Shown here in pieces: positions 60,478 through 64,000 of a stretch of DNA of 64,000 nt. The notes under the pieces were generated by a model that made no database searches, was not told the origin of the DNA, and saw nothing but the letters and a program-made list of their open reading frames with translations. A program made the translations under genes and the position numbers. Source of the stretch: the human T2T-CHM13v2.0 reference genome, Homo sapiens. The DNA lies in assembly GCF_009914755.1 (NCBI RefSeq), contig NC_060927.1; one strand, 5' to 3'. How positions within the stretch are numbered: the stretch's first letter is position 1; each line of letters opens with the position of its first letter.

Positions 60478-61670
60478 CTGTGCGCTCGGAGGAGCCATAG
60501 CTGCCAGCTGGGCTGGCGGCGGGTGCCCCCAGCCCTTGTGGGCGGCGGGCAGAGCTGGCCTGGGGGCCGGGTCCCGTGGGGGGTCGCGCAGACAGTGTGT
60601 CCGGAGCGCCCCCGGCGGGAGCGCAGGCTGCGGGGCGAGAGGGAAGAGGAGGCGGCGGATAAGGTGATGGCGAGAAGATGGAGGAAGAGCAGACGAAGGA
60701 AGAGAAAGGAGATGGAAGAGAGAATGTCACCAGAGGAGACCGAAGGAACAAATTTTGACTTTGCAGGAGAAGCTGTGGGCCAGGCAGAAAGAAAAGGACC
60801 AGCTTTTTCTGCAGCTGAAGAAAGTTTCCATGAGGAAGAAAAACGGAGGCGAAAGGAGCAGAGCGACCTGACCTTCTGACATCCGCTGTGAGCCGGCGGA
60901 GCCCGATTATTCACGTGGGGACTCGCTTCCTCCTCGGCATGCAGGCAGCGCTGGAGGGCACGATCGCCCGGGCATTGTCATAGCAGCTGACCCAGCCAAG
61001 CAGATGTTCAGGCCCCACGTGCTTACGACCCGGAAGTCCGTGGGCTCAGCGGCGGCTTTTGCAGGGACCCCAGAGCAGGCAGCCTGGGCGGTGCCGCTGG
61101 GACTGCTCAGCCCCTACCTCAATATGGGCCCACATAGCTAGCCTATGGCCCTAGTCGGCAGCTCAGAGCAGTTCAGTGCTCCCTGGGGTGCATTCATGTC
61201 CCAGCCACAACCTTATGTTCTGCTGGGCCACTTTCAGCACACCCAGACAGGGTTCCTCTTCTGGTGCTGCTCTGTCTTTGAAACCGCAGATAGACCATGC
61301 TAACCAGCACACAGGTTTCCCTGGTCCATCCTCCCTGACCCCCATGCATGCCCAGGTTCTGCATCCAGGCCCTAGACTCCTTGCCTAATCCCAGCTCCCC
61401 GCGAAGATGCAGCCAGCAGGAACGTCTAGGTTTTGCAGCTACCAACCAACCAGGCCCTCAGCAACTCGTCATCCAACACAGCCAGAACCTGTCATGCTGC
61501 AAGTGACCATCAGATAGCTTCAATTTCGTCCTGCCCCCACACACACACCATGGGTGTGGGTTCCCCCCGAGTGTCCCAGCCCAAGGCCAATATAATCTAC
61601 TTGCCATTGGGAGAAGGAGAAGGAAAAGGACAAGATGGAGAAGGAGGAGGAAGGAAGAAGAGAGCAACGG
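60478..61670 (+). pseudogene. GPS2P2: Processed pseudogene of GPS2 (G protein pathway suppressor 2, NCoR/SMRT subunit)
   Basis: Intronless GPS2-like peptides (KEMEERMS.EET, HEEEKRRRKEQSDLT, QMQPAG, IQHSQN) in shifting frames; ancestral stop TGA 61504-61506; 3' UTR remnant; purine-rich decayed tail ~61608-61665; no intact start. The P2 suffix is from recall. Confidence 0.88.
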
Positions 61671-61853
61671 GTTTTAAGGATAAGTCCAATTTATCAATTT
61701 TTCCTTTTTATTTTTTCATTTGTCTCAAGCATGCTCATAATTGGTCACCAAAGCATTTTCGTCATGGCTGCTTTACAACCTTGACCAGTATAATAATTCC
61801 AACATTCCTATCATCTCAGAGTTGGCATCCATTGTCTTTTTCATTCAGTTTGA

Positions 61854-62093
<240 letters not shown>

Positions 62094-62182
62094 TGACCTC
62101 AGGTGATCCTCCCACTTTGGTTTCCCAAAGGGCTGGGATTACAGGTGTGAGCCACCGCGCCCGGTCACGATTTTTGGCTTAA

Positions 62183-62369
<187 letters not shown>

Positions 62370-62607
62370 TAGTAGAGACGGGGTTTCACCGTGTTAGCCA
62401 GGATGGTCTCGATCTCCTGACCTTGTGATCCGCCCGCCTCGGCCTCCCAAAGTGCTGGGATTACAGGCGTGAGCCACCGCGCCTGGCCGGCTTAAGTGAT
62501 TTTCTATTGAAATCTGGAAACTTCTGTATTGTTATGTGACTCAAGATCTTTTTTTCCTCTCTGTATTTTTCTTTCTTTCTTTCTTTCTTTTTTTTGTTTT
62601 TTTTTGA

Positions 62608-62715
<108 letters not shown>

Positions 62716-62984
62716 TAGCTGGGATTATAGGCGCGTGACACCACACCCGGATAATTTTTGTATTTTTAGTGGAGATGGGGTTTCACCATGTTGGCCAGGC
62801 TGGTCTCAAGCTCCTGACCTCAAGTGATCCACCCGCCTCGGCCTCCCAAAGTGTTGGGATTACAGGCATGAGCCACCGTATCTGGCCTGTTTTTTAAATC
62901 AGTAGACTAACAACTACAATTAGGTGGGAAAACAAAACATTCTAATGGATTAACTTCATTCTAACTAGATTATCTGGCTAGGAA

Positions 62985-64000
62985 TATATTTTTATTTTGG
63001 TAAAATAGGAATAACATAAAAAGTACCATTTTAACCATTTTTAAGCGTATACTTCAGTAGCATTGTGCATATTCATGATGTGATACAACCATGACGGCTA
63101 TTCATCTGCAAACCTTTTTCCCCAAATTGGAACTCTGTTCACATTAAACAGTAACTCCTCATTCTCCCCTCCCCCAGGCCCTGATAACCCTCCTACTTTC
63201 TGTTTCTATGCTCATATAAGTGGACTCATATACTACGTGTCCTTCTGTGTCTGGTTTATTTCACTTAGCATAATGTCTTCAAAGGTGCATTCGTACTGTA
63301 GCATGGATCGGAATTTCATTCCTTTTTAAGGCTGAATAATATTCCATTGATGTATAAAGCACAATTTGATTTTTTGTGTTGTTTGTTTTTTGGAGACAGG
63401 GTCTTGTTCTGTTGCCCCCGGGCTGGAGTGCAGTGGCGTGATCATGGCTTACTGCTGCCTTCATCTCCCAGGCTCAAGCAAGCCTCCTGCCTCAGCCTTC
63501 CCCGAGTAGCTGGGACCACAAGCACATGCCACCACACCTGGCTAATTACTTGATTTTTTTGTAGAGATGGGGTCTCCCTATATTGCCCAGGCTGGTCTCA
63601 AACTTCTGAACTCAACTGATCTTCATGTCTCAGCCTCCCAGAGTGCTGGAATTACAGGCGTGAACCACCACGCCCAGCCACACTTGTTTTATCTACTGAT
63701 CCGTCAATGGATGCTTGGGTTGCTGTCACCTTTTGGCTATTGTGAATAATGCTGCTATGAACACTGGTGTACAAATAATCTGTTTGCATCCCTGCTATCA
63801 ATTATTTTAGGTATATACTCAGAAGTGGAATTGGTGGATCATATGATAATTCTTTAATTTTTGGAGTAACTGCCATACTGTTCACAGTGGCTACACCATT
63901 TTACATTTCTACTAGCAATGTACAAGGATTTTGGTTTTCCACATCCACACCAACAATTGTTATTTTCTATTTTTTTAAAAAATTAATAGTCATTTTGGTC
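62985..64000 (-). mobile_element. L1MB-type 3' end, antisense, interrupted by an AluJ-like element
   Basis: ATAACATAAAAAGTACCATTTTAACCATTTTTAAGCGTATAC ... GTGAATAATGCTGCTATGAACACTGGTGTACAAAT. Confidence 0.85.

Overview
Human (or very close primate) genomic DNA holding the complete kininogen-1 gene KNG1 on the + strand: promoter near 5.03-5.12 kb, ATG at 5306, 11 exons, all with GT-AG introns. Exon 10 read through (29277-30086) gives high-molecular-weight kininogen (644 aa). Splicing from the internal donor after 29354 to exon 11 (31460-31540) gives low-molecular-weight kininogen (427 aa). The bradykinin nonapeptide is at 29292-29318. This haplotype encodes Thr178 and Thr581. Intron 1 has a ~630-bp CAC-type repeat. 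Downstream is a very Alu-dense intergenic region with ERV1/MaLR solo LTRs, L1/L2/MIR remnants and three retrocopies (PSMD10, U6 snRNA, GPS2). I see no new gene or multi-gene system, and most ORFs in the track are Alu or simple-repeat artefacts. The most unusual signals are (i) several locally templated insertions, including a two-template direct-plus-inverted patch inside an Alu and an Alu half copied into the PSMD10 retrocopy, (ii) a GPS2 retrocopy that seems to have gained CpG/GC instead of losing it, (iii) an open exon 1/intron 1 read-through frame giving a signal peptide plus a His/Pro/Thr-rich tail, and (iv) a MADE1 hairpin inside an Alu. Repeat subfamily names and parent-gene comparisons come from recall, not from a database search.
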